DNA of 64,000 nucleotides from Naegleria gruberi (lineage: Eukaryota): NCBI GenBank assembly GCA_000004985.1, contig GG738847.1. The stretch is one strand, 5' to 3'. This document shows, one piece after another, positions 54,401 through 64,000 of this stretch. How positions within the stretch are numbered: the first letter of the stretch is position 1; every line of letters begins with the position of its first letter. The translations under genes were made by a program, and so were the position numbers. The notes below the pieces were generated by a model. That model was not told the origin of the DNA, did not search any database, and worked only from the letters and a program-made list of their open reading frames with translations.

Positions 54401-54716
54401 TTATCTTTTTCAATGCAAACTTTTTTCGTTGTTCAAATATTGTGTTTGGTGTGGAATTATCCATTATATTCTGTTGGTCCATATTATCTGTTGATGATGA
54501 CACTACTAGTGATGATGAAGTTTCTATCATTTCTCGAGAAGGTGATGATGAATTTGCCTTTTCATGTTTGGCATTACTATGATTTTGTTGTGTAGTATTA
54601 TTATTATTATTTGATGATGTACTATTCTTTCGTTTTGGTGTTTGCTTTTTCGATTTCTTCTTATTTGCATCACCTTTTTGTTTTGATGATGACTTGGAGT
54701 CGGAATTGGATGGCAT
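51434..54716 (-). CDS. Large TPR-containing protein (about 1068 aa): N-terminal TPRs, a central helical-repeat region and a Lys-rich tail. Two exons: join(54716..54000, 53926..51434).
   Basis: ORF 53913-54716 ends ..YSKAVVDCDSVLRQNSSYHS at donor TCA|GTAAGT (intron 53999..53927, 73 nt, acceptor AAAAG|GCT, phase 0). It continues AYIIKGHALICMKKYKEAYMNFTALLEQ.. into ORF 51434-53893. The junction reconstitutes a TPR unit split by the intron. ATG at 54716-54714. Function unknown. Confidence 0.55.
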
Positions 54717-54878
54717 TTTATGTATTTTTTATTCTTGATAACAAAAATTGATGAGGGAAGACATTGCTTTTTGATCTACGGCAATAAGATTGATAATTTA
54801 TTAGTGGTCTTTCATTACTTCATAAACTATATTATAAATTAATAATAATAGCCATTCAATAATTCTTTAAAAGAAAAA

Positions 54879-56276
54879 ATGAGTTTTGATGGTTTTGAAG
54901 AAATTGCAAGCACGTTGATTCAAGCCAATCACGTGAAACAAGCTTTGCAAGCTGTAAACAAACAGCAAAAGATGTACAAAACACTCCTCTCACAAAGACA
55001 ATTACCAAAGGAGGGATTTTCGGATCAACAGATTGAGTCCTTGCTTTCCTTCTTTGCATCAATGGATACGAATAATTATGAAAATCATATCGGAATTGGA
55101 GAAAGAGAAGGAAGAGTGTTTAGTAAATTGGTGGAAAAGAGACACTTCTACCTCAGTCATGGTATTGGAAGATCTGGAGAATTAACATCAAATCAACCAA
55201 AAGCAGCTGGATCCTCTATTATTTTACAGTTGTGTAACTATCTTGTCAATCATGCAATTCAATTAGCAGGATGTAAAAATGTAAAGAAATCAATTGTTGT
55301 GCCAATGTGTACAGGAATGACACTTGCCTTGTGTCTGAGATCCTTGGCCAACAGTTTGGAACAGCCCAATAAGAAGTATGTCATTTGGCCAAGAATAGAT
55401 CAACAATCTGTCCTCAAATCTATTGACACTGCTGGATTTACACCAATAGTCATTGAGAATGTTTTAAATGAGGATGGATCTATTGAGGCAAATCTACAAT
55501 CTATTGAAAGCAAGATACAACAAGTTGGAGCTGAAAATATTTTGTGTGTCTTGTCGACAACAAGTTGTTTTGCACCTCGAGTTCCAGATGATGTTTTTGA
55601 AATTGGAAAGATTTGTTTCAAGTATGGAATTGGACAAGTTGTAAATAATGCCTATGGAGTTCAATCAAAAATAATTATGGAGAGAATTAACAAGACAATT
55701 GCCAGTTCAAAATCAACCATTACTTGTTTCGTTCAGAGTACTGATAAGAACTTTATGGTACCTGTCGGAGGAGCTGTTGTTTCCAGTGGTAGTGATATCA
55801 CCTTTATTGATAAGGTGTCGAAAATATATGCAGGAAGAGCATCCATGACACCAATTCTTGACCTATTCATCACTCTTCTATCAATGGGTAAAGATGGATG
55901 GGAGAAGCTTCTCGCAGAACGAGAGGTGCTATTTCAACATTTTGTTTCTGAGATTGAATCCAAATTAACCAATACCCAATCTAAATTTTCCTTAATACGA
56001 GGCTCTTTACAGAGAAACCAAATTTCATTTGCTCTTTCCATTGATTTACCAAAGGAGGAGGCACTAAAGGTGGGCGTATCGCTTTTTTACAGAAATTGTA
56101 CTGGTCCTCGGGTAGTTCTGAAAGGTAGCTCAAAAACAGTACTCCCCCATCTTTCATTTGTTGGATATGGTTCTCATACTGATTCCTATCCTCATCATTA
56201 CATTACGCTTGCTTGCGCTATTGGTATTGAAAAGGAGGAAATTGAATCCTTCTTAACCTTGCTTAATAAAGTTTAA
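54879..56276 (+). CDS. sepsecs: O-phosphoseryl-tRNA(Sec) selenium transferase (SepSecS/SLA-LP), 465 aa
   Basis: ATG at 54879. There is strong full-length similarity to SepSecS (..GIGEREGRVFSKLVEKRHFYLSHGIGRSGELTSNQPKAAGSS.., ..WPRIDQQS..AGFTPIVIENV.., ..LSTTSCFAPRVPDD.., ..NNAYGVQS..). The PLP-lysine context QSTDKNFMVPVGGAV is present. Confidence 0.85.
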   Translation: MSFDGFEEIASTLIQANHVKQALQAVNKQQKMYKTLLSQRQLPKEGFSDQQIESLLSFFASMDTNNYENHIGIGEREGRVFSKLVEKRHFYLSHGIGRSGELTSNQPKAAGSSIILQLCNYLVNHAIQLAGCKNVKKSIVVPMCTGMTLALCLRSLANSLEQPNKKYVIWPRIDQQSVLKSIDTAGFTPIVIENVLNEDGSIEANLQSIESKIQQVGAENILCVLSTTSCFAPRVPDDVFEIGKICFKYGIGQVVNNAYGVQSKIIMERINKTIASSKSTITCFVQSTDKNFMVPVGGAVVSSGSDITFIDKVSKIYAGRASMTPILDLFITLLSMGKDGWEKLLAEREVLFQHFVSEIESKLTNTQSKFSLIRGSLQRNQISFALSIDLPKEEALKVGVSLFYRNCTGPRVVLKGSSKTVLPHLSFVGYGSHTDSYPHHYITLACAIGIEKEEIESFLTLLNKV

Positions 56277-56520
56277 TCAAGACTACAATATATCTCACAT
56301 CATCCCGCGTACAGTAAGATACATCATTATACTACCGTAATAAATAAAATATTGGTCGGCCGAACTGCAATGATTGTTACCGGAATTTCTACCGGTCATC
56401 GCTCCTTCTATGTGTGACCATTCATGACATTGAGGGGTGTTGTGATGTTCACAAACAGACAAATCCTCAATGTTATTAAGGGCGGCGTAACTAGTTGAGA
56501 GATTCGTTGATAGGAAAAGA

Positions 56521-57030
56521 ATGTCTCAATGTTCTAGTGCTTCATCAGAGAGGTCGTTTGTTATTTCTTCTTCACTTTCAAATCATTGCCAAGCAAGACA
56601 AGAAGAATTTGAAGAAAATCTCGAAGAGAATACTATTATAAGCAATAGTGTAGATTTATTTTCTTCATCAACAACCTTATCAGCGAGCAGCAGAGATGAT
56701 GAGGATACTGATGATGACACTGAGAATGACTTGGATAACGATTCATCATCCACCACTGCTTCCAGTAGTATAGCAATTCCTTCTTCCCCCAAGAATTGTT
56801 ATCAAGATAATTTAATGGGTCCCTTCTCCTTCCCTCCCAAGACAAATATTCGTCATCATGAGCAACAACATCGTCATCGTCGTTCATTCATGAATGCTGC
56901 ATCAGACAATCGCAATACAACAATAACACACGCGTTGAATCATAGACCCTTCATCCACACACACAGAAACAGACCCTCTAGAATATTGGTATTTGATGAG
57001 TACAATAACGGAGATCAAGGGCAGGCTTAA
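56521..57030 (+). CDS. Ser/Asp/Thr-rich low-complexity hypothetical protein (169 aa)
   Basis: ATG at 56521. No domain recognised. It could be spurious or intrinsically disordered. Confidence 0.3.
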   Translation: MSQCSSASSERSFVISSSLSNHCQARQEEFEENLEENTIISNSVDLFSSSTTLSASSRDDEDTDDDTENDLDNDSSSTTASSSIAIPSSPKNCYQDNLMGPFSFPPKTNIRHHEQQHRHRRSFMNAASDNRNTTITHALNHRPFIHTHRNRPSRILVFDEYNNGDQGQA

Positions 57031-57546
57031 TATCCAAAAATCTGTACTGACTCACCTTAATAAGATTCTCAATGGTAGCTTTAAAAATTTTGGAGATTTT
57101 CAGATTCTGACAAAATACTGATACTGATCAAGAATACCTTATTGAACAAATTGAGAAGCCAAATACAAGATTTGATTAAATCACATCTCTAATCAGATCC
57201 TGTTTATTAAATAAAAAAAACAATTTTGAATTAATTTACATTGATTGTTCTTGAATATTGTAAACATCTAGTTCACTGATAATGTTGAAATGATATTGAT
57301 CAATTTGGTTCAAGTAATTGGGTGTTGAGTTTCATGTTTTAGGATAACACTCATTAAAACTTCACTGCACCCATCAAAATTTATTATTTTTTAGTGTGAT
57401 GATGAATGGAAACTCGTCCATCATATCGATGTTGTCATCTAACTTCTGTCAGACATCACTATTCAAAAAAAAACCTCTCTTCACACCAACACCATCGATC
57501 AAGCAAAACTGTTCGATATTTACACAACACAAAATAATAATTCATC

Positions 57547-59836
57547 ATGTCTACCAAACGAGGAAAGGAAGCCATTCTCAAATTCTGTCAACGTGCCTGT
57601 CAAGAACGTGGCGTTGAAGTAAAGAATTTATCAACATCTTTTGCTGATGGTTTGGCATTTGCTGCCATCGTTGATAGTGTATGTATTGATTCTTTTAACA
57701 TTCCCTAACCTTCCTCTTTCACTTTTTTGTATTCTATATATGATTTAACTCTTTCTAACATTATAGCAAAGACCAGAACTCTTGACAAACATGGGTTTAA
57801 CTTTCAAGACCATCCAGGATGATTTTGGTCGTGTTGAAAGACTTCAATGGGCTTTCGATCAAGCAGAACAATTGGGCATTCCACGTCTATTGGATCCAGA
57901 AGATATCGATCCAGAAAAACCAGATGAAAGATCCATCATTACATATCTCTCGGCTGTTTATAAATTCTTTAAGGAAAATGCAGGATCAGGTGCTGCTTCT
58001 TCTGAACAACAAGCCTCCGAAACAACTTCTGCCGCCACTTCTCCAGAAGCTACTGCAGCAGAAACAACACCAATTGAACAACAATCAACTACAGAAGAAA
58101 ATGGCGCCACTTCTACTACTGAAGAGGCTGTGGTTGTAGAACCAACTGCTGCTACTGCTGAAGAGACACCAGCTGCTGTTGTAGAAGAGACACCAGTCGA
58201 ACCAACACCTTCACCAACAACTGAAGAGCAACCAACTGAAGAAACAACTCAACAACCAACTGAAGAAGCTACTGTCGTTGAAGCTGTTGTTGAGTCTGGA
58301 ACTAATGAACTTGTTGCTGAAAAGACTGAATTGACTGATGATGAAAAATTGATTTTACAAGATAATACTGAAGTTCATGTTGATGTTGTTACTCCACAAC
58401 CAAGTGTTGAAGAAACTTTCCCATCTTCTCTTTCCACAACTGCTAGTGCTGGAGGTGCTTCAATTGCTGAAGAGCAATCACTCTCAGAAACTAAATCAGA
58501 TAGCTCATCTGATTCTGAAGAAGAAGAATCTGTTCCTGTTGTTGATAAAAGATCACCACGTCGTGTTACTGAAAGAGTTGCAAGTGTTGTTTCTCAAGTT
58601 ACTGCAACAACTCCAACTAGAGATTGGTCCTTTGATGATTCTGATGATGAGGATAATTCATCTCGTGGTCGTAATACTGGATCTTCATTGGCTTCTCAAG
58701 AAAGAGTTAATGAATTGAGAGATAAGATTGAACAACTCAAGCAAAATGTCAAGCAAGAACAACTTGATAAGGAACGTCTCAAGAAGCGTGAAATGGAATT
58801 GGAAAATGAACTTCAAAAGTATTTGAATGATTTGAAACGTGCTCGTTCTGAAGTTGAAGAAGCCAAATTGCAAGGAAAGCAAGAAAAGGAGTTGGAATAC
58901 GAAGCTCGTCACAAGGTTGAAATTGAAAAGTCTAACCTTTACAATGAAAACAGAAAGTTGTTGGAAACTATTTCTGATTTGGAAAGACAAGTTAGAGAAA
59001 ACCAACAAGGTGAAAAGTCATTGAATAAGGATATTCAAAAATTGCAAAGAACTATTGAAAAACTTCAAGCTGAAAAGAACAGTGAAGTTGAAGACAAGCT
59101 CAGATTGGAAAATGACGTTTCTGATTTGAAGAGACAATTAACTACTGTTACTTCTCAATTCAAGACTTCCCAACAAGTTAGCTCAAATGCTGAACTAGAA
59201 TTACAATCATTGAAGAACTTCTTTGAAAAGGAAAAGAGAAACAGAAAGTTGCTCAACCAAGAAATTAAGGATCTCAAAGGTGAACGTGATGCATTGACCC
59301 TTGAATTGGAAGATGTTCGTGATGAAATTCACAAGTTTGAAATCCGTATCAAGGAAGTTGAAATGGAAAAGGAACAAGAAGCTAGAAAACTCAAAGTTGA
59401 ATTGGAAGAAAGAGTTAATATGGATAATCGTATGAAGCAAATCAGAAAGGACGTTACTGACATGAAGTACAAGGTTGAACAAGAAAGACAAAACGTTCTC
59501 ACTGTTGAAGCTCAAAAACGTAAGCTCGAAGAAGAACTTGCTCTTTCACACACCAAGTATGACCAATTACAACAAGAATTCTCTGCTATGAAGAGAGAAG
59601 TCAAGAAGGCCGAACGTGAAGTTCAAAAGGCTGAAAAGAGAGCTGACACTGAAGAACAACGTTCAAATGAATTGAAGGTTCAACAAAATCAATTGCGTGA
59701 TGAAATTCGTCAATGGAAAGAAAAGGTTACAAAGGCTGAATTCGAAACTGACAAGGTCAAGAGAGAAAAGGAAAGCCTTGAAAGAACTATCAGAGAATTA
59801 GAGTTGCAACTCTCATTCAAATCAAGCAGTTTTTAA
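57547..59836 (+). CDS. Calponin-homology (CH) domain protein with a long C-terminal coiled-coil. Two exons: join(57547..57678, 57767..59836), about 733 aa.
   Basis: Exon 1 (MSTKRGKEAILKFCQRACQERGVEVKNLSTSFADGLAFAAIVDS) is the first half of a CH domain. It ends at AGT|GTATGT; the intron is 57679-57766 (88 nt, CTAAC branch 7 nt before AG). Exon 2 reads QRPELLTNMGLTFKTIQDDFGRVERLQWAFDQAEQLGIPRLLDPEDID.., completing the CH domain. This is followed by an acidic T/E/A-rich linker and ~400 aa of heptad-rich coiled-coil. Confidence 0.7.
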
Positions 59837-59874
59837 ATTTGTAAATCATAAAATGAACCAATATTTTGGTAAAT

Positions 59875-62800
59875 TTATTGTTGTTCTTGATTAAGATTGA
59901 CTTGACGAGCTTGATTTTCATTGATAGAGTAAATATCTACCATTTGGAGTGGAATTGGATTAACTCTACGCTTTGATTCTTGTTCGGTTGGGACTACAAA
60001 TACGCTCTTCTTGCCTTCCTTTGGATCTTCTTTAATTTGAACCTTAATATAATATCCTCCATCCTTATGCTTAACAATATTTGCATGGTGAAGCATTGGA
60101 TCATCAGAAATTTGACCATTGTTAACATAAGGTTCTCTTGGAAGTTGACCAACAGGGAATCTCTCTGGTTTTGGTTTAATTTCACCTCTTGGATAAGCTC
60201 TATTATTTGCAGGTTCAACAGTTGGAGGATAATTTTTAAATGTTGCTTGATTATCACCCGGATATGGATTACTAACGTAATTTGTTCTTGAATCAATATA
60301 TGAAGCATTGTTTCTTGCCTCTGAATAACCATTATTTCTTGATTCTGAATAGGCATTATTTCTAGTTTCAACGTAAGAGTTGTTTACGCGCAAGTTATTA
60401 TTGGCTTGACTATTGGATTGGTATGAACTGCTTTGCATTTGAGTACTTGAAATCTTATTATTCATACCAATATTCAATGTGTTTGGAAGATCAGGTCTAA
60501 CAACAGGTTCTTGAGATCCATCATTAAAGTAAGTCTTATAAGTTGTTTCATAAATACCAACTGTTGAGGCTTTTCCATAGCCTGAATAATCAATTTCAGA
60601 ACTCACATTCTTCAATCTATTTTCAGCAACTTCATTTCTGGCAACATATGTGCTTGCAACTTTTGGTTTTTGATTTTCAACAACAATTGAAACTGGTCGA
60701 ACAATTTCCGGTTTTTGTGGTTGTTCATATACTGGAGGGTCAAATCTTGGAGGACTGATATAATCATTAACTGGAACAACTCTTGGAGGAGTTTCATAAG
60801 AGTTATTATTGGATTGAGCAAATTCATTTCTTTGTCTATTTTCAACAACTCTACTTTCAACAACAGTGGCCTTATTATTATTACTAATACCAACAAAATC
60901 GCCGTCAACTCTCCAAACAGGACCTGAACTGATTGGGAGAGGTTGTTCTTGAGTACCATCATTCTTATAATAGGTCTTGTAAGTTGTTTCATAGGTTCCT
61001 GTTGTTGATTTACCATAGTTAGAATGGTCAATTTCTGTAGAGGAATTCTTCATTCTGTTTTCATTCATAGCATTAACTGATTCAACTCTAAGGTTAAGAT
61101 TGGCTTGTCCTGTAACTATGTTATTTCTATCTTGGACAATTGATCTCTCATTGTAATAGACAATGTCGTTCTTCTTATTGTTATCAACTACGTATGAAGA
61201 ATCTGTTTGATTATTATAGCTGGAAAGTTGAGATTGTTCATGCATGTATTTTTCTTGCATTCTGTACGCATCTCTATTTTCAACATATTCTTCATTAATA
61301 TAAGAATCATTGACAACTCTTTCAGGAATTGGTTGAGGGATTGGTTGAGAAACGACTTGCTGTGTCATAATTGGCTTTGGAATTACAGGAACAATTGGTT
61401 GATGAATGACTGGTTGCGAGTTTGTTTGTGGAGGAGGAACTGAAGATCTATTAACAACTTCAGTAACTCTTGCTGCTTGGTCAGTGTTAACATAGTTCGA
61501 TGAATTGTTATGAACAACTTTTTCGTAGTATCCTTCATGTTGATCATTCATGTCAGTCATTGAAGATTGGTTATGGATAACAGACTTTTCAATATTGACA
61601 CGTCCATTATCATTAACAGTTTTAACAATTTCAGATCTGGAGCCATTATTATCTGTAACAGTTGTCTTGACTGTTTCATAGGAACTGTAATTGTTGTTTT
61701 GTCCACTCTTATTATTGACAACTTGTTCTGTTTCAACAGTTTTAGTTTCCAACTTGACAGCAGTGGTATTAGCACCCTTTGTTATATCAATATTTCTATC
61801 ATTAGAGCTCTTATTAACAACAGTCTTGGTTTCAGACTTAGTTTCAGTTGATTCAACGGACTTTCTATTTTGGTTTGCATTTTCTGGAGGTGTTCTCTTA
61901 ACCTTTTTAGCTTCGGTCTTCTTCTTGGCTTCGGTCTTACTCTTGGCTTCAATCCTACTCTTAACTTCATTCTTAGAATTAGAAGCAACCTTTTGCAAAA
62001 CGTGTTTACTTTCTTCTGTCTTTGGGGATGGCTTCTTAATTAATTGAGGTTCAGATTTAGTCTTCTTAGTTTCAGGAGCTGAAATACTTCTACTTGGGTT
62101 TGCCATTTTAACTGGTTTAGCTTCTTGTCTTTTAACAATCTTCCCAGGTGGTGAACCATTTCTTGCTCTATTGTTTACTGCCTTTACAATTCTTTCATTT
62201 GCTTGCATTCTTTCTTGATTAACATCTTTTTGTTGTTGAAGGAGGTTATTTTTTGATTTACGTTCATAAAAATTGATTTTTCCATTATTATTATTCTTAG
62301 CTTGTTCATTCTTGTTGTGGTAGTGTGTCTTTGTTTCAGTTGTAATTTTGCCATTATCATTAATTTCAATTGTGATTTCAGTTCTAGTACCTCGCTCATC
62401 AGTGATAGTTCTCCTTGTTTCCTTCTTTATAATGTTATGTTCAGAGAATTGATTATTCTTTGAACGATTATTGACAACTGCTTCTTGGTTGTTGTAACTC
62501 TCGTCATAATCTTCAGAACGTTCAACATTAGTTCTTTTTCCATTCACCAATGTACTCTTTTCAACATTAACCTTTCCATTATTATTCACACCCTTAACTA
62601 TTTCTGTTCTTGTTCCATTTTCATCTGTAACTGTACGCTTTGTTTCATAAGTGCTGTAGTTGGAAGATTCTGAATCATTCTTCTTGGCTTTCTTTTCCAC
62701 CACATAATTTTCTTCCTGTTGGTTATTCTTTGATTGGACCTTAATAGGTTTCTTTGGTTTTGGTGGAATGAATTGTGGTTTTTGTTTGACAACCTTTTCT

Positions 62801-64000
62801 TCAACCACATAAGAAGGTTCTTGTTTAACAACCTTTTCAACAATTGTTTCTTGTTGTGGGATGAACTTTGGTTGTTGCTTTACAATCTTTTCTTCTTCAA
62901 CAATTTGACTGTGTTTCTCTTCAGAATGAATTCTTTCGTCATAGGAAGATCTCCTATTAATATTACCATTGTCATTAACTTCCTTTACAACTTCAGTTCT
63001 TGTTCCATTATTATCACTAACAGTTTTAGAAGACTCGAATGAGCTGTAACTTGAACTCCTTGTTCTGGAACCATTAAGCTTATCTTCAGTAAAGTGTTCT
63101 GGAAGAGACAGAATGTTTTTAGATGAGGTGTGCATAGTTTGGTGTATTTCTTGTTTTGGTTCATAGCTATTCTTTGATGTGACGATCTTTTCTTCATCAT
63201 AATCTTCTGTTGCAAAAAGTTGATCTTCAACGCTCTCCTCGACAGCTTCTTGTTCTTTTTCTACAACATATTTAGCAGAATCTTTTCTGATAAATCTTGG
63301 TTCTTCAATATGTTCTTCAACTTCATTTTCTTCGATGTATTGAGATTTTTGCTTAATCAATGGCTTACTTGGTTTTGGAGGGCTAACTACCTTTGGAACA
63401 TGTCTTGGTTCATCTATTAGCTTTTCTTCGACACGTTTTGGCACATGATGAATTGCAGTCTCTCTTGGCTTTGGGCTAACAACCTTTGGAAGATAAACTG
63501 GTTCATCAATCTTTTCTTCAACCTCATAGGAAACGTGTTCGACAGTATCTCTTGGTGAAGGAGAGAATTCATTTCTTTGTCTAACAATTTTCTCTTCTAC
63601 TATTGTTTCTTGTGGTGTTTCTTCTACAGCCTTTTCCTCTACGTGGAGCAATGCCTCTTGGTCATAATGTTGAGTCTCTCCATAGCTAGAAGTTACTCTA
63701 CTCCTGCCAGTGCTTCTTCTTGCAGAAGCATATGATCTTCTGGATGAACATTTGGATTCCTTCTCCTTTTCGGATAATTCAGTCAAGAATGGAGGAGCAA
63801 AGTAATCATCACTAGTGCTTTGTTTTGTAATGAAAGTGCTGTTAAACTCTTCTTGAGCAATTGGTGCAGTGTTCTTTGCATGATTACTAACTGCTTGTTC
63901 TTCTTCAATCATAAAGGATGGTTCGACATATTCTTGCTTTACAACACCAGCCTTCTTGTCATTTTCATAAACACTCTTTTCAATATTAACTTTTCCATTA
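59875..64000 (-). CDS. Large repeat-module protein, partial: at least 1375 aa with its N-terminus beyond the window edge
   Basis: The ORF to 63912 remains open in frame through 64000. The upstream stretch ..NGKVNIEKSVYENDKKAGVVKQEYVEPSF continues the internal repeat, so the nominal M at 63912 is internal. Three reiterated module types are described in the finding. The protein is N/K/E/T/V-rich. TAA stop at 59877-59875. Confidence 0.6.
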   Translation of the reverse strand, partial: NGKVNIEKSVYENDKKAGVVKQEYVEPSFMIEEEQAVSNHAKNTAPIAQEEFNSTFITKQSTSDDYFAPPFLTELSEKEKESKCSSRRSYASARRSTGRSRVTSSYGETQHYDQEALLHVEEKAVEETPQETIVEEKIVRQRNEFSPSPRDTVEHVSYEVEEKIDEPVYLPKVVSPKPRETAIHHVPKRVEEKLIDEPRHVPKVVSPPKPSKPLIKQKSQYIEENEVEEHIEEPRFIRKDSAKYVVEKEQEAVEESVEDQLFATEDYDEEKIVTSKNSYEPKQEIHQTMHTSSKNILSLPEHFTEDKLNGSRTRSSSYSSFESSKTVSDNNGTRTEVVKEVNDNGNINRRSSYDERIHSEEKHSQIVEEEKIVKQQPKFIPQQETIVEKVVKQEPSYVVEEKVVKQKPQFIPPKPKKPIKVQSKNNQQEENYVVEKKAKKNDSESSNYSTYETKRTVTDENGTRTEIVKGVNNNGKVNVEKSTLVNGKRTNVERSEDYDESYNNQEAVVNNRSKNNQFSEHNIIKKETRRTITDERGTRTEITIEINDNGKITTETKTHYHNKNEQAKNNNNGKINFYERKSKNNLLQQQKDVNQERMQANERIVKAVNNRARNGSPPGKIVKRQEAKPVKMANPSRSISAPETKKTKSEPQLIKKPSPKTEESKHVLQKVASNSKNEVKSRIEAKSKTEAKKKTEAKKVKRTPPENANQNRKSVESTETKSETKTVVNKSSNDRNIDITKGANTTAVKLETKTVETEQVVNNKSGQNNNYSSYETVKTTVTDNNGSRSEIVKTVNDNGRVNIEKSVIHNQSSMTDMNDQHEGYYEKVVHNNSSNYVNTDQAARVTEVVNRSSVPPPQTNSQPVIHQPIVPVIPKPIMTQQVVSQPIPQPIPERVVNDSYINEEYVENRDAYRMQEKYMHEQSQLSSYNNQTDSSYVVDNNKKNDIVYYNERSIVQDRNNIVTGQANLNLRVESVNAMNENRMKNSSTEIDHSNYGKSTTGTYETTYKTYYKNDGTQEQPLPISSGPVWRVDGDFVGISNNNKATVVESRVVENRQRNEFAQSNNNSYETPPRVVPVNDYISPPRFDPPVYEQPQKPEIVRPVSIVVENQKPKVASTYVARNEVAENRLKNVSSEIDYSGYGKASTVGIYETTYKTYFNDGSQEPVVRPDLPNTLNIGMNNKISSTQMQSSSYQSNSQANNNLRVNNSYVETRNNAYSESRNNGYSEARNNASYIDSRTNYVSNPYPGDNQATFKNYPPTVEPANNRAYPRGEIKPKPERFPVGQLPREPYVNNGQISDDPMLHHANIVKHKDGGYYIKVQIKEDPKEGKKSVFVVPTEQESKRRVNPIPLQMVDIYSINENQARQVNLNQEQQ

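Noticed and set aside
259-64000. ORF-track proteins beginning with M at 259-936, 997-2784, 6436-12810, 14274-14549, 23471, 24527, 29445, 29544, 30848, 32437, 38413 and 43591
   Set aside because: Checked against the sequence, these start at TTG or other non-ATG codons. The ORF caller labels alternative starts as M. I treated them as internal exons, or used the first in-frame ATG or a spliced upstream exon.

Overview
Nuclear DNA from an AT-rich (about 63-65% AT), gene-dense, intron-poor eukaryote. I call about 35 protein-coding genes and 2 tRNA genes in 64 kb, with intergenic spacers of 0.1-1 kb. Most genes are intronless. The 14 introns I could define are mostly 43-76 nt (one of 133 nt, one of 465 nt), with GTAAGT, GTATGT, GTAGGT or GTACGT donors, AG acceptors and frequent CTAAC/CTAAT-like branch motifs. 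All stop codons seen are standard (mostly TAA).

The confidently recognised genes are housekeeping: Prp8, SF3B4, calreticulin with a C-terminal HDEL, mitochondrial PheRS, cytosolic CysRS, RAD23, CDC123, DPH4, Mog1, SepSecS, a G-protein alpha subunit, an FG-repeat nucleoporin, a macro-domain protein, a SHAQKYF-class Myb, a Vps54-like protein and a membrane RING-H2 protein. Calreticulin with HDEL, SepSecS (implying selenocysteine use), a SHAQKYF Myb, poly-N/Q/S/T tracts and short introns together suggest an amoebozoan, possibly dictyostelid-like. That attribution is an inference, not something I can confirm.

The ORF track labels alternative starts (TTG etc.) as M; I checked each start codon against the sequence. 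Several multi-exon genes had to be rebuilt from split ORFs.

The most unusual items are:
- a secreted protein with roughly 31% Lys and 14% Cys and no recognisable domain, next to a tRNA-Phe gene;
- a large partial repeat-module protein at the window's right edge;
- a single-nucleotide frameshift inside the otherwise perfectly conserved, essential Prp8 gene;
- a Ser/Thr-rich protein ending in a K-Ras-like polybasic CaaX tail;
- an orphan protein with a cyclic-nucleotide-binding domain;
- two near-perfect E2F-type palindromes (TTTGGCGCCAAR) in promoters.

No transposons, CRISPR arrays, rRNA or recognisable snRNA genes were found.
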